A stretch of 64,000 nt of DNA, from NCBI GenBank assembly GCA_964588585.1, contig CAZPPX010000022.1:812-64811 (forward strand). The letters are read 5' to 3'. The notes under the pieces are model-generated. The model saw only the letters and a list, made by a program, of their open reading frames with translations, made no database searches and was not told the origin of the DNA. Shown here in pieces: positions 19,939 through 28,408 of the stretch. Numbering within the stretch: position 1 is the first letter of the stretch; each line of letters starts with the position of its first letter. A program made the position numbers and the translations under genes. This DNA comes from an uncultured Phycisphaeraceae bacterium (GTDB lineage Bacteria > Planctomycetota > Phycisphaerae > Phycisphaerales > UBA1924).

Positions 19939-20655
19939 ATGAAGACCAAGTATCTGCTGGCGGCGACGTTGACGGCGGCTCTGGCATTCTCGGGCTCGGC
20001 CCTCGCGCAAGAGAAGAAGGACGAGAAGAAGCCCGAGCAGAAGCAGGAGCACAAAGAGGATCACAAGGACCACAAAGATCACAAGCACGACAAGAAGGAC
20101 GAGAAGAAGGTCGAAGCCAAGAGCGAAGGTGCCAAGATCGGGGCGGTGGCTCCTGACTTCAAGTTGACCGACACCTCGGGCAAGGCCGTCAGCCTCGCCG
20201 ATTACAAGGGCAAGGTCGTGGTGCTCGAGTGGTTCAATCCCGGCTGCCCGGTGGTCGTGATGCACTACAAGGCGGGGACCTCCGCAGGCCTGGTGAAGGA
20301 GTTCGCCTCCAAGGGCGTGGTGTTCCTCTGCATCAACTCCGGCGCGCCCGGCAACCAGGGCCACGGCACCGAGGCCAACAGCAACGCCAAGAAGGACTGG
20401 AAGATGGAGCAGTCCATCCTGCTCGATGAGTCGGGCACGGTGGGCAAGGCCTACGGTGCGAAGACCACGCCGCACTGCTATGTGATCGACAAGGATGGCA
20501 AGTTGGTCTACAACGGCGCGATCGACAACGGGAATGGCGGCAAGGTCGGCGACAAGAACCACGTGCGCGAAGCGCTCACTGCGGTCCTCGCAGGCAAGCC
20601 CGTCGCGACGGCCGAGACGAAGCCCTACGGCTGCAGCGTGAAGTACGGCAAGTAA
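19939..20655 (+). CDS. Secreted thioredoxin-fold/redoxin-like protein with a His/Lys/Asp/Glu-rich N-terminal region; single Cys in the active-site position
   Basis: AGGAG lies 7 nt upstream of the ATG. Signal peptide MKTKYLLAATLTAALAFSGSALA, then EKKDEKKPEQKQEHKEDHKDHKDHKHDKKDEKK, VVVLEWFNPGCPVVVMHY, TTPHCYVIDKDGKLVY and C-terminal PYGCSVKYGK. Confidence 0.8.
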   Translation: MKTKYLLAATLTAALAFSGSALAQEKKDEKKPEQKQEHKEDHKDHKDHKHDKKDEKKVEAKSEGAKIGAVAPDFKLTDTSGKAVSLADYKGKVVVLEWFNPGCPVVVMHYKAGTSAGLVKEFASKGVVFLCINSGAPGNQGHGTEANSNAKKDWKMEQSILLDESGTVGKAYGAKTTPHCYVIDKDGKLVYNGAIDNGNGGKVGDKNHVREALTAVLAGKPVATAETKPYGCSVKYGK

Positions 20656-20689
20656 GCCTGTTTGAGGCTTGATGTGGATGATTCTGCAA

Positions 20690-20722
20690 GGCCCGCCGGT
20701 GTAACCGGCGGGCCTTTTGTTT
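20690..20722 (+). terminator. Rho-independent terminator
   Basis: GGCCCGCCGG-TGTAA-CCGGCGGGCC followed by TTTTGTTT, between convergent genes. Confidence 0.7.
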
Positions 20723-20727
20723 GAAAT

Positions 20728-22389
20728 CTACACCAGCAGCGCTTCAACCGGCTTCCCCTTCCCGTCGCGCGTCACATACACCGGCCTCCCCTCGACCAGG
20801 TTTGCGTGGTCAGGCGGGATGCCCAGCGCGTGATAGATCGTCGCGTGCGCGTCGATCAGGTTCACCGGATTCTCGACCGCCACCATCGGGTGGCGATCCG
20901 CGGTCTTCCCGTGGGCGTAGCCACGTTTGAAGCCGCCGCCGAAGAAGACCATGGTGTTGCACGAGCTGAAGTGCCCGTGGAAGCCGAACATCTTCTCGTT
21001 CTCGATGACCAGATCCTCGCCCGTGTGCGATTCGCTCGAGCCCTCCGGCTCGGTCCCTGCGGCGGGCTTGCTCGCGATCGTGCGGCCAAACTCCGTGGCC
21101 AGCACCACCAGCGTGCGGTCGAGCAGCCCACGCTCGTTCAGGTCGCGGATGAGTTTGGCGATCGGGCCGTCGATCTGCTTCTTCATCTCCGCCATGCGGT
21201 CGCGGCCTGATTCGTGCATGTCAAAGCCCTTGAACGGGCCGTACTGATACTCCACCTGCACAAACCGCGCCCCGCGCTCCACCAGCCTCCGCGCCAGCAG
21301 CAGCCCGTGCCCGAAACGACGGCCAAAGTGGTAACTTTTGTCCAGCAGCGAGTCGGCACCGATCGCCGGCTCATACGCCGCGATGGTGTCGGGAGTTTCG
21401 TCGGTTGCGTAGTCGAAGACGCGCTTCACGGGCGAATCCATCATCGCCCGGGCGTCCTCCATCATCTTCAGGTACCGCTCTGCCGCCTCCGCCCCAACCA
21501 GGCTCGCATCGCCCGCTGCGGTGATGGCCTTGAACAACGCCTGGCGTCGGTCGTGGCGTTCGCGCGTCATGCCCGCCGCTGCGCTCAGCGTCGCCAGCCC
21601 CTGCGTGGGGTCAGGAATCATGAAGGGCGACGCGCGCGTGCCCAGGAAACCCGAACCAAGATACTCGGCGATGAACATGTTCTCGGAGTCGCTCGTGCCG
21701 ATGTCGCGCCCGATGTAGATGTACTCCGGCACGCCCGGATCGCGCCGGCCCTTGGCCGCGGCTACCAGCGCGCCGATGCTCGGGGCCTTGAACCCCGCCG
21801 GGTGGACGTAGCCCGTCATCGCGTAGTGCTGTGCCCGCAGATGCACGGCCCCAAACATGATGTCGCTCGAAAGCGACCGCAGAATGCACCCGCGATCCAT
21901 CACGCCCGCGATCTGCTCCAGCCCCGACCCGATCCGCACGCCATCCGCGGCAGTGGGGATCGATTCGCAGGTGCCCAGCACCTCGCTGCCCTTCATACCC
22001 TGGCGAAAGGGCGTGTGCGTCTTCGGATCCCAGGTGTCGGCCTGCGCGACCCCGCCGGGGAGCCAGATCCAGATGCACGAATCGGCGCGGGGAGCGAGCG
22101 AGGCGATGGCCGCGCGGGTAGGTGCGGGAAGGGCGAGGGCGGCGCGAGCCTGCGGCGAGAGTGCGAGCCCCGCGCCCGTGACCAGCCCGGCGCGGAGAAG
22201 TTCGCGCCGCGAGAGGGTCGCGCGGGTACTCCGATTCTCCGAATCGGGCCAACCAGGGCCCAACACTCGACTCGGAGAGTCGAGGTACCCAGGAGCAGAC
22301 ACCCGATTCGGAGAATCGGGGTATCCAAACCTGCGCGAATCGTGTTGGAATGGGCCGCTACCGCACATACGCAAACTCCGGCGAAGCAA
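20728..22389 (-). CDS. DUF1501 (sulfatase-like) family protein with a Tat signal
   Basis: SRRELLRAGLVTGAGLALSP, then typical DUF1501 content (GGVAQADTWDPK, FDMHE, TEFGRT). Start is ambiguous: ATG 22389 overlaps the upstream gene by 32 nt. In-frame GTGs at 22302 and 22266 would leave the hairpin array untranslated. Confidence 0.85.
   Translation of the reverse strand: MLRRSLRMCGSGPFQHDSRRFGYPDSPNRVSAPGYLDSPSRVLGPGWPDSENRSTRATLSRRELLRAGLVTGAGLALSPQARAALALPAPTRAAIASLAPRADSCIWIWLPGGVAQADTWDPKTHTPFRQGMKGSEVLGTCESIPTAADGVRIGSGLEQIAGVMDRGCILRSLSSDIMFGAVHLRAQHYAMTGYVHPAGFKAPSIGALVAAAKGRRDPGVPEYIYIGRDIGTSDSENMFIAEYLGSGFLGTRASPFMIPDPTQGLATLSAAAGMTRERHDRRQALFKAITAAGDASLVGAEAAERYLKMMEDARAMMDSPVKRVFDYATDETPDTIAAYEPAIGADSLLDKSYHFGRRFGHGLLLARRLVERGARFVQVEYQYGPFKGFDMHESGRDRMAEMKKQIDGPIAKLIRDLNERGLLDRTLVVLATEFGRTIASKPAAGTEPEGSSESHTGEDLVIENEKMFGFHGHFSSCNTMVFFGGGFKRGYAHGKTADRHPMVAVENPVNLIDAHATIYHALGIPPDHANLVEGRPVYVTRDGKGKPVEALLV
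22231..22320 (-). repeat. Array of three perfect short hairpins with exact 36-nt periodicity
   Basis: Plus strand: CCGATTC-TCC-GAATCGG (22231..22247), CTCGACTC-GGA-GAGTCGAG (22266..22284), CCCGATTC-GGA-GAATCGGG (22302..22320). Confidence 0.8.
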
Positions 22390-24103
22390 ACAGCGCCCAC
22401 AGCACGTCAGCCACGGCTTCGGGTTCGCCGGAACCCAGCGCTTTGGTCACGAGGGTCAGTTCCGGGCCCGTGGGTTCACGCGAGAGCACCGACACATACG
22501 CCACCCGCGCGGCTTCGCCCGGATCGCGCTTGGCTAGGTCTTGAATCCGCCCTGTCAAGTCGCCAGCCGCCGCGAGTTTGGAAAACTCTTCCCCGTTGAG
22601 CATTTCCAGGCCCGTAATCACCGCCGTGTCATCGGCGCGGCCTGTGCTCACGTCGTTCCGCACCGCCGGCCGCCCCAGCGCGCGAGTGAGCGCACTCGAT
22701 CCGTTCTGCCGGAAGAGCCGCTTGGCCGGGTCGAGGCGTTGCGTGGTCGCGACCGCCACGCTGTCGATCACCTGCTCAGCGGTCAGTCGCCGCAACATCG
22801 GCGAGCGCCAGGCGCGGGGCGCGTTGGGGTCGTCCACATCGAAGTGATCGACCAGCGATGCATCGTGTCGGGCCGCGTACACGTCGCTGGTAAGAATCAA
22901 CCGGATGGTGCGCTTCACGTCGTAGCCGTGACGCATGAAGTCGTCGGCCAGCCAGTCGAGCAGGTCGGGATGAGTGGGGGGGGAATCCTCGCGAAAATCA
23001 TCGACCGGCTCGAAAAGCCCCAGGCCCAGGTATCGCTTCCACAACCGGTTCACGATGGCTTTGGCGAAGCGCGGATTGAGCGGATCGGTCAGCATCGTCG
23101 CGGCGTAGTGCAGCCGCGCGTTCAGGTTGCCCGCCGGTGGAGGCGGTGGCACAGGCGTCCCGCCTGTGTTCCCATTGGGCGCACTTGCCAACGTGCTATC
23201 CAACCCCGCCACCTCAAACGGAAACGCCGCCGGCACCCGCTCCCCGGTCCGCTTCTCGCACCGGATGATCTCCAGGTCGTCCTTGGAAAACAGGCCCGCG
23301 AACGCCGTTACGCGCTTCTGCGACCACTCGCGGTTCTCGAAGTGGTTGTGGCAACTGGCGCACTTCATCGCGGTACCCATGAAGACCTGCGCGACCACCG
23401 CCGCAGTGCGGAGCGTGTCGTCGTGCGAGTCATTGAGCACGATGTGCACGCGCCGGGGCGCGCCGTTGTCGCTGCCCATCGCCGCCTTTTTGTGCCGGGG
23501 CAGACTCGGATCGAGCAACTCCGCCGCGAACAGATCGAACGGCCGATTGGTGCGGAAGGCTTCGTGCACCCAGCCCGAGTAGTCGCCGTGGCTGGCCATG
23601 CCCCCGGTGACGCCAGCGCGGGAACTGACGAGTGCGTCCTCCCAGAAGGGCGTCCAGTGGTCGGCGTAATCACTCGCGCGGGCGAGCAGTTCATCGACCA
23701 GTTTGGCCCGCTTGTCGGCGTCTCGCGATTCAGTGAACCGGGTCCATTCCTCCACCGTGGGGATCACGCCGATGACATCCAGATACACGCGCCGAACGAA
23801 CGTCGAGTCGGTGCACGCCCCGGATTCGGGAGCATTGCCGATGGTCGCTCGCGCCATCTCAATGAACAGATCGATGGGGTTATGTGGGCCTTCCTCGGAA
23901 GTCAGCGGCACACTCAGCGGAGGGGGCAGCGCCGCCAGTCTTGTTTCGCGCCGCGCGATGAATGCCCGCTCGGCCTCAGGCCATTGAACTTCTTGAACAG
24001 CCAGCGTGTCGTCGGCGACACTCGGCACGCCAGTCGCCAGCACGCACGCCGCCCCGACCACGCCGCACGCGACCCAGACCCATCCCATGTGTTTGGACGC
24101 CAT
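22358..24103 (-). CDS. DUF1549/DUF1553 domain protein, the partner of DUF1501
   Basis: Signal peptide MASKHMGWVWVACGVVGAACVLA. IDLFIE..., FMGTAMKCASCHNHFENREWSQK, LNPRFAKAIVNRLWKRYLG, LASPEFAYVR. This pairing is typical of Planctomycetota. Confidence 0.85.
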   Translation of the reverse strand: MASKHMGWVWVACGVVGAACVLATGVPSVADDTLAVQEVQWPEAERAFIARRETRLAALPPPLSVPLTSEEGPHNPIDLFIEMARATIGNAPESGACTDSTFVRRVYLDVIGVIPTVEEWTRFTESRDADKRAKLVDELLARASDYADHWTPFWEDALVSSRAGVTGGMASHGDYSGWVHEAFRTNRPFDLFAAELLDPSLPRHKKAAMGSDNGAPRRVHIVLNDSHDDTLRTAAVVAQVFMGTAMKCASCHNHFENREWSQKRVTAFAGLFSKDDLEIIRCEKRTGERVPAAFPFEVAGLDSTLASAPNGNTGGTPVPPPPPAGNLNARLHYAATMLTDPLNPRFAKAIVNRLWKRYLGLGLFEPVDDFREDSPPTHPDLLDWLADDFMRHGYDVKRTIRLILTSDVYAARHDASLVDHFDVDDPNAPRAWRSPMLRRLTAEQVIDSVAVATTQRLDPAKRLFRQNGSSALTRALGRPAVRNDVSTGRADDTAVITGLEMLNGEEFSKLAAAGDLTGRIQDLAKRDPGEAARVAYVSVLSREPTGPELTLVTKALGSGEPEAVADVLWALFASPEFAYVR

Positions 24104-24225
24104 TCGGTTCACGCGACCAGCATACCACATGAGCCGGTAATGCCCTATACCCGCTTCGCGCCATCCCCACGCCAAGGGCTTATACTTCTCCGGGCCCACC
24201 CACGGGCCCGAAAAAGGGGTATCCC

Positions 24226-24420
24226 GTGGAAGCATTCGACAAGATCAAGAGCCTCGTCGCCTCCGCTGAAGAAGACCTCGCCAAGGCCAAGGGTGGCAAT
24301 AAGGCCGCCGGCGTCCGCGTCCGCGGCCTCATGCAAGAGATCAAGGAAGCCGCCCAGGACGTTCGCCAGGGCATCCTTGAACTCCGCGCCCCGGGCGAAC
24401 CCGAAAAGCCCAAGGCCTGA
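24226..24420 (+). CDS. Short histone H1-like Hc1-family protein (64 aa)
   Basis: LAKAKGGNKAAGVRVRGLMQEIKEAAQDVRQGILELR resembles the N-terminal Hc1 domain (chlamydial Hc1 KAEKGNKAAAQRVR..., recalled from memory). It has no Lys/Ala-rich tail. Confidence 0.65.
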   Translation: MEAFDKIKSLVASAEEDLAKAKGGNKAAGVRVRGLMQEIKEAAQDVRQGILELRAPGEPEKPKA

Positions 24421-24474
24421 GCCTTCGCTGCCCATCGTGGTTCGTTTCCACACGCCTCGCAAGGTGCGAATTTG

Positions 24475-25008
24475 ATGTCCGTGGCTGAGATCAACCCGCC
24501 CTCCGAACCCGCCAAGCCTGTGGGTGGTGGCGCGCGGTTCCTCTTCGATTTCTCCACGGTCGACCTGACCAACCAGGCTATCGGCCGGTCACAGATCGAG
24601 CGGCTCAACCCCCACCGCCACGAGATGGCCTTCCTCGACTACATCGCCTGGCACTCCGCCGATTTCACACAGGGGGTGGCGGTAAAACACGTCCGAGCCG
24701 ACGAGTTCTGGGTGAGGGGCCACTTCCCGGGACGCCCCATGTTGCCGGGTGTTCTGATGCTCGAAGCCGCGGCCCAGTTGTGCGTCTTCCTCTACAACTC
24801 GCGCTTCCCCGTTCCTAAGACCGCCGCGTTCACGCACATCGATGAGTGCGGCTTCCGCAACGCCGTCGTCCCGGGCGACACGCTCTATCTGCTCGCTTCG
24901 CAGATCCGCGTCACCGACCGCCGCTTTCAAAGCCACATCCAGGGCGTCGTCAACGGCAAGGTCGCCTTCGACGCCCGCATCGCCGGCATGGCCATCGACA
25001 AGGCCTGA
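24475..25008 (+). CDS. FabZ/FabA-like hotdog-fold 3-hydroxyacyl-ACP dehydratase
   Basis: LNPHRHEMAFLD...EFWVRGHFPGRPMLPGVLMLEAAAQL (catalytic His and Glu context). Confidence 0.75.
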   Translation: MSVAEINPPSEPAKPVGGGARFLFDFSTVDLTNQAIGRSQIERLNPHRHEMAFLDYIAWHSADFTQGVAVKHVRADEFWVRGHFPGRPMLPGVLMLEAAAQLCVFLYNSRFPVPKTAAFTHIDECGFRNAVVPGDTLYLLASQIRVTDRRFQSHIQGVVNGKVAFDARIAGMAIDKA

Positions 25009-25011
25009 GCC

Positions 25012-25650
25012 GTGAACCCCGCGCCGGTGAACGCGAGGGCGCTGCTGCCCATCGTGCTGGCCGGCGGCAAGAGTTCACGTTTCGGCCGCAACAAACTGTT
25101 TGAGCCATGCCCATCGGGCGAGCCGCTGATCGCCCGACCCATCGCGGCCCTGCGCGACGCCTTCGGCCCGCGCGTGCTGCTGGCGGGTGCCACCGACCCT
25201 TCACTCTTGGCGCTGGGTGATGGCGTGATCCCTGACGATGTGCCCGACCTCGGCCCCATCGGCGCGATCGCTTCCGCCCTTCGCCGCGCGGCGACGGCCG
25301 GGCTCACGGGAATCTTCGTGCTCGCGGGCGACATGCCGGCGTTCGGCGCGTCAGGCGTCCGCATGATCCTCACGACGGCGGACCACTCGCCCGACGCCCT
25401 CGCCGTGCTGGGTTGCGAAGTCACCGTTTCCGCCGAGCCCCTTGATCCCAGTCGCATCCTGCCCTGCACGGGCATCTATCGATCCGCAGCGCTACCGCTT
25501 CTCAAAAGCGCCATCGCGCGCGGGCACCTGCGTCTCCGAGACGTGCTCCCACTCGTGCGAATATGCCTCGTGCCCGTGAGCCCCCGCGCAGCCCACAACG
25601 TCAACCGCCCGCAAGACCTTGCGGCATCGCCAGGACCAGCCTTGGAGTGA
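25012..25650 (+). CDS. mobA: Molybdenum cofactor guanylyltransferase (MobA-like NTP transferase)
   Basis: GTG start. LPIVLAGGKSSRFGRNKL...DDVPDLGPIGAIASAL...FVLAGDMP. Confidence 0.8.
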   Translation: MNPAPVNARALLPIVLAGGKSSRFGRNKLFEPCPSGEPLIARPIAALRDAFGPRVLLAGATDPSLLALGDGVIPDDVPDLGPIGAIASALRRAATAGLTGIFVLAGDMPAFGASGVRMILTTADHSPDALAVLGCEVTVSAEPLDPSRILPCTGIYRSAALPLLKSAIARGHLRLRDVLPLVRICLVPVSPRAAHNVNRPQDLAASPGPALE

Positions 25651-25676
25651 CGCGGCCCGCGCCGCCCCCCTCCCCC

Positions 25677-26657
25677 TCAGTTCACCCGGTTGATCCACGC
25701 CCCGTGCGACTGGAACTCGCGCACGATCCGCACCACTTCTTCCGCCACCGCCAACTGCGCCTGGTCCGTGCTCGCGCCGATGTGGTGCGTGCCCGCAAAG
25801 TGCCCGGGCGGTAGGTCCGCCAGCGGGCTCTTCCACACCGCGTTCCCGCCCGACGGCTCGCCCGCGAAAACGTCCGCCCCCACACGCAGCCCCTTGGCCT
25901 TTACGGCGGCAATCAGCGCCGCCTCATCCACCACGCTCCCCCGGCTTGTGTTGATGAACGTCGCGCCGCTCTTCATGGCCGCGAAGAACGCCTCATCGCA
26001 CATCTGCTCGCTTTCCTTATTGGCCGCGACCATCACCGACACCACATCGCACCGCGGCAGCATCGCCAGCATGTCCGCGCGTGAACTGCCGCCAAACTCG
26101 ACGCCCAGATCCGCCGCGCGGTCCTTGGTCATGTTCAGGGAGTGCGCGATGCACCGCATCCCAAACGCCTTGGCCCGCGCGATCACCTCGCGCCCGATGT
26201 TTCCCACCCCGATCAGCCCAAGCGTCTGGCCCTTGATCCCCTTCGCCTTGCTGTATTCCTTCTTGTTCCACGTCCCGGCCCGCAACTCATTGGTCCCCTC
26301 CACCACGCGCCGGTCGAGCGCGAGCAGCAGCGCAAACGCCAGTTCCGCCACCGCCGCCGCGTTCATCCCCGGGCAGTTGCACACCACCACGCCCTTGGCC
26401 GTCGACGCGGGCAGATCGATGTTGTCAAACCCCGCGCCCGCGCGGATGATCGCCTTCAAACTCTTCCCGGCATCGATCGCCGCCTTCGGCGTCTTGCTCC
26501 CCCGCACCACCAGCACCTGCGGATCATGCTCCGCCACCGCCCCCGCCATGTTCGTCGCCCCAGCATCCGGCTGATACGTCACCGTGCACGGCACATCCGC
26601 CAACCCCGTCAACCCCGCCTGCTCAAACTTGTCCGCCACCAGCACTCGAAGCGCCAT
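25677..26657 (-). CDS. D-isomer-specific 2-hydroxyacid dehydrogenase (phosphoglycerate dehydrogenase-like, no ACT domain)
   Basis: MALRVLVADK...IIRAGAGFDNIDL...GQTLGLIGVGNIGREVIARAKAFGM...TSRGSVVDEAAL...GTHHIGAST. Confidence 0.8.
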   Translation of the reverse strand: MALRVLVADKFEQAGLTGLADVPCTVTYQPDAGATNMAGAVAEHDPQVLVVRGSKTPKAAIDAGKSLKAIIRAGAGFDNIDLPASTAKGVVVCNCPGMNAAAVAELAFALLLALDRRVVEGTNELRAGTWNKKEYSKAKGIKGQTLGLIGVGNIGREVIARAKAFGMRCIAHSLNMTKDRAADLGVEFGGSSRADMLAMLPRCDVVSVMVAANKESEQMCDEAFFAAMKSGATFINTSRGSVVDEAALIAAVKAKGLRVGADVFAGEPSGGNAVWKSPLADLPPGHFAGTHHIGASTDQAQLAVAEEVVRIVREFQSHGAWINRVN

Positions 26658-26703
26658 GTTTGTCTCCTGTGTCACCTGCATTCAGGGCCGCAAGCGTATG
26701 GAT

Positions 26704-26753
26704 GAAAGCCCCCTCCCAGAGAGGGAGGGGGTTGGGGGAGGGCGGCGAAAGCC
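26704..26753. repeat. GC-rich hairpin element, family 2
   Basis: GAAAGCCCCCTCCC-AGAGA-GGGAGGGGGTTGGGGGAGGGCGGCGAAAGCC. The first 18 nt are identical to the copy at 16718. Lies downstream of the moeA stop. Confidence 0.65.
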
Positions 26754-26834
26754 TTACGGCAAACAGAGTGCAATGGCTGAAGTGCAGCCGACGTCCATCT
26801 CCGCAAACTCTGCGTCGTTCCGAATCCGTCTCGA

Positions 26835-28142
26835 TCACGACCACCCATAAAACTGCCACGGCCCCTCCCCGCACTTCCCCGGCGGCACCTCGATAAACCC
26901 GTCACTCGTTCCCGCCGCCACCACATCGCCCGACCCGCGCCCGCCCACCACCCACGCGGCTCCCTCGCCCTCCAATCGCACCAGCCTGTGCCACCACAGG
27001 TCGAGCGTGGACGAGTCCGGCTTCTCGATTCGCACCCGAGGCACCGCTTCATCACCTTCCCCTCTGCCAAGCCCCGCCATAGGCATCAGCGAAGGCAGCG
27101 CGATCCGCCGCGCCGTCACCAGCACCGACACCGGATTGCCGGGCAGCCCAAACACCGCGCAGGACGCACCTCGAGCCGAGCCGTTCACTTTTCCGCCCTC
27201 GCACACACCCGCCAGCATCGGCTTCCCCGGCCTCTGCGGCAGTTTATGAAACAGCACCCGCACACCCGCCGCTTCAAGCACCCGAGGCACGAAATCCCGA
27301 TGCCCCATCGAGACCCCGCCCGTCAAAAACACCGCATCCGCCGTCGCCATCGCGTGCGTCACGGCCTTCAGCAACGCTTCGGGATCATCCGGCGCATGAA
27401 CCGGGGCATGCACATCCAACCACGACCTTGCCCTTAGCAACGCCGCTAGCGCCGGGCCGTTGCTGTCGCGGATCTGCCAGTCGGGAATCGATTGTGTCTC
27501 CGGCGCTGCCTCGCTGTTCGCAGCGCAGGCAGCCGCCACCAACTCATCCCCCGTGGTGATGATCGCCACCCGCACCCGCCGATGCACGCGCACCTCGCGG
27601 GCCCCAAACGCCGCCGCCGCGCCGATCTGCGGCCCGCCCATCAAACAGCCCGCGTACAGAACCGTTTCGCCGGCCCGCACATTCTCCCCGCGCCGCCGAA
27701 TCGCACTCCCGGCCACAGGCACCATCGACGCCACCAGCCGAACCAGCCTCTCATCCCCAATCACCGGCTGCGTGTCCTCCACGCGCACCACCGCGTCCGC
27801 ACCGATCGGCACCGGTGCCCCCGTCACGATCCGCATCACCCCGGGCTGATCGGGCATCCGCGCAGGAGCCGCGCCGATCGCGCACTCGCCCACCACCGGC
27901 AGCCCACGCGACGCCATGACGCCAAGGTCCGCCACCCGCACCGCAAACCCGTCCATTGCGCTCACATCCAGCGGCGGGCTGTCGCGATCGGCTGGCACAT
28001 CGGCCGCCAGCACGCGACCCCGCGCTCCCCCACCTGATAGCGACGCCACCTCAACCCCCACCGGCACCAGTGCCTCCTGCATCGCCCGCACCGCTTCCGC
28101 GGGTGATGAGTATCGATACGCACCTTGGCCGGTCGAGCCCAT
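26835..28142 (-). CDS. moeA: Molybdopterin molybdotransferase
   Basis: DSPPLDVSAMDGFAVR, IITTGDEL, SNGPALAALL, VFLTGGVSMG..DF, HKLPQRPGKP. ATG at 28142 (TTG at 28148 is also possible). Confidence 0.9.
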   Translation of the reverse strand: MGSTGQGAYRYSSPAEAVRAMQEALVPVGVEVASLSGGGARGRVLAADVPADRDSPPLDVSAMDGFAVRVADLGVMASRGLPVVGECAIGAAPARMPDQPGVMRIVTGAPVPIGADAVVRVEDTQPVIGDERLVRLVASMVPVAGSAIRRRGENVRAGETVLYAGCLMGGPQIGAAAAFGAREVRVHRRVRVAIITTGDELVAAACAANSEAAPETQSIPDWQIRDSNGPALAALLRARSWLDVHAPVHAPDDPEALLKAVTHAMATADAVFLTGGVSMGHRDFVPRVLEAAGVRVLFHKLPQRPGKPMLAGVCEGGKVNGSARGASCAVFGLPGNPVSVLVTARRIALPSLMPMAGLGRGEGDEAVPRVRIEKPDSSTLDLWWHRLVRLEGEGAAWVVGGRGSGDVVAAGTSDGFIEVPPGKCGEGPWQFYGWS

Positions 28143-28162
28143 GCCCAACCATACGATCCGCC

Positions 28163-28408
28163 ATGACCGTGCGCGTCCGCTTCTTCGGCCCCCTCGCCCT
28201 CGACCTCGGCACCGACAACGCCGAAGTCATCGTGCCCGACGACGCCCGCCCCGGCACACTCGGCCTCGCCCTTGCCCAGCGCTTCCCGACCCGCGCCGCC
28301 CTCCTCCGCACCGCCCGCCTCGCCATCAACGGCCGCTTCGCCACGCCCGACCAACCCATCGCCTCCACCGACGAGATTGTCGTCATCGAACTGGTGGGTG
28401 GCGGATGA
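28163..28408 (+). CDS. moaD: Molybdopterin synthase sulfur-carrier subunit
   Basis: 81 aa, MTVRVRFFGPLALDLG..., ends in ...VIELVGGG (C-terminal Gly-Gly). Its stop overlaps the next ATG (ATGA). Confidence 0.85.
   Translation: MTVRVRFFGPLALDLGTDNAEVIVPDDARPGTLGLALAQRFPTRAALLRTARLAINGRFATPDQPIASTDEIVVIELVGGG

Noticed and set aside
21214-24475. Plus-strand ORFs of 461 aa and 644 aa
   Set aside because: Antisense shadows of the DUF1501 and DUF1549/1553 genes.
27916-28404. N-terminal part of the 578-aa ORF 27916..29652, and the N-terminal part of ORF 27956..28408
   Set aside because: They overlap moeA in antisense. The real genes start at 28405 (moaE-queE) and 28163 (moaD).
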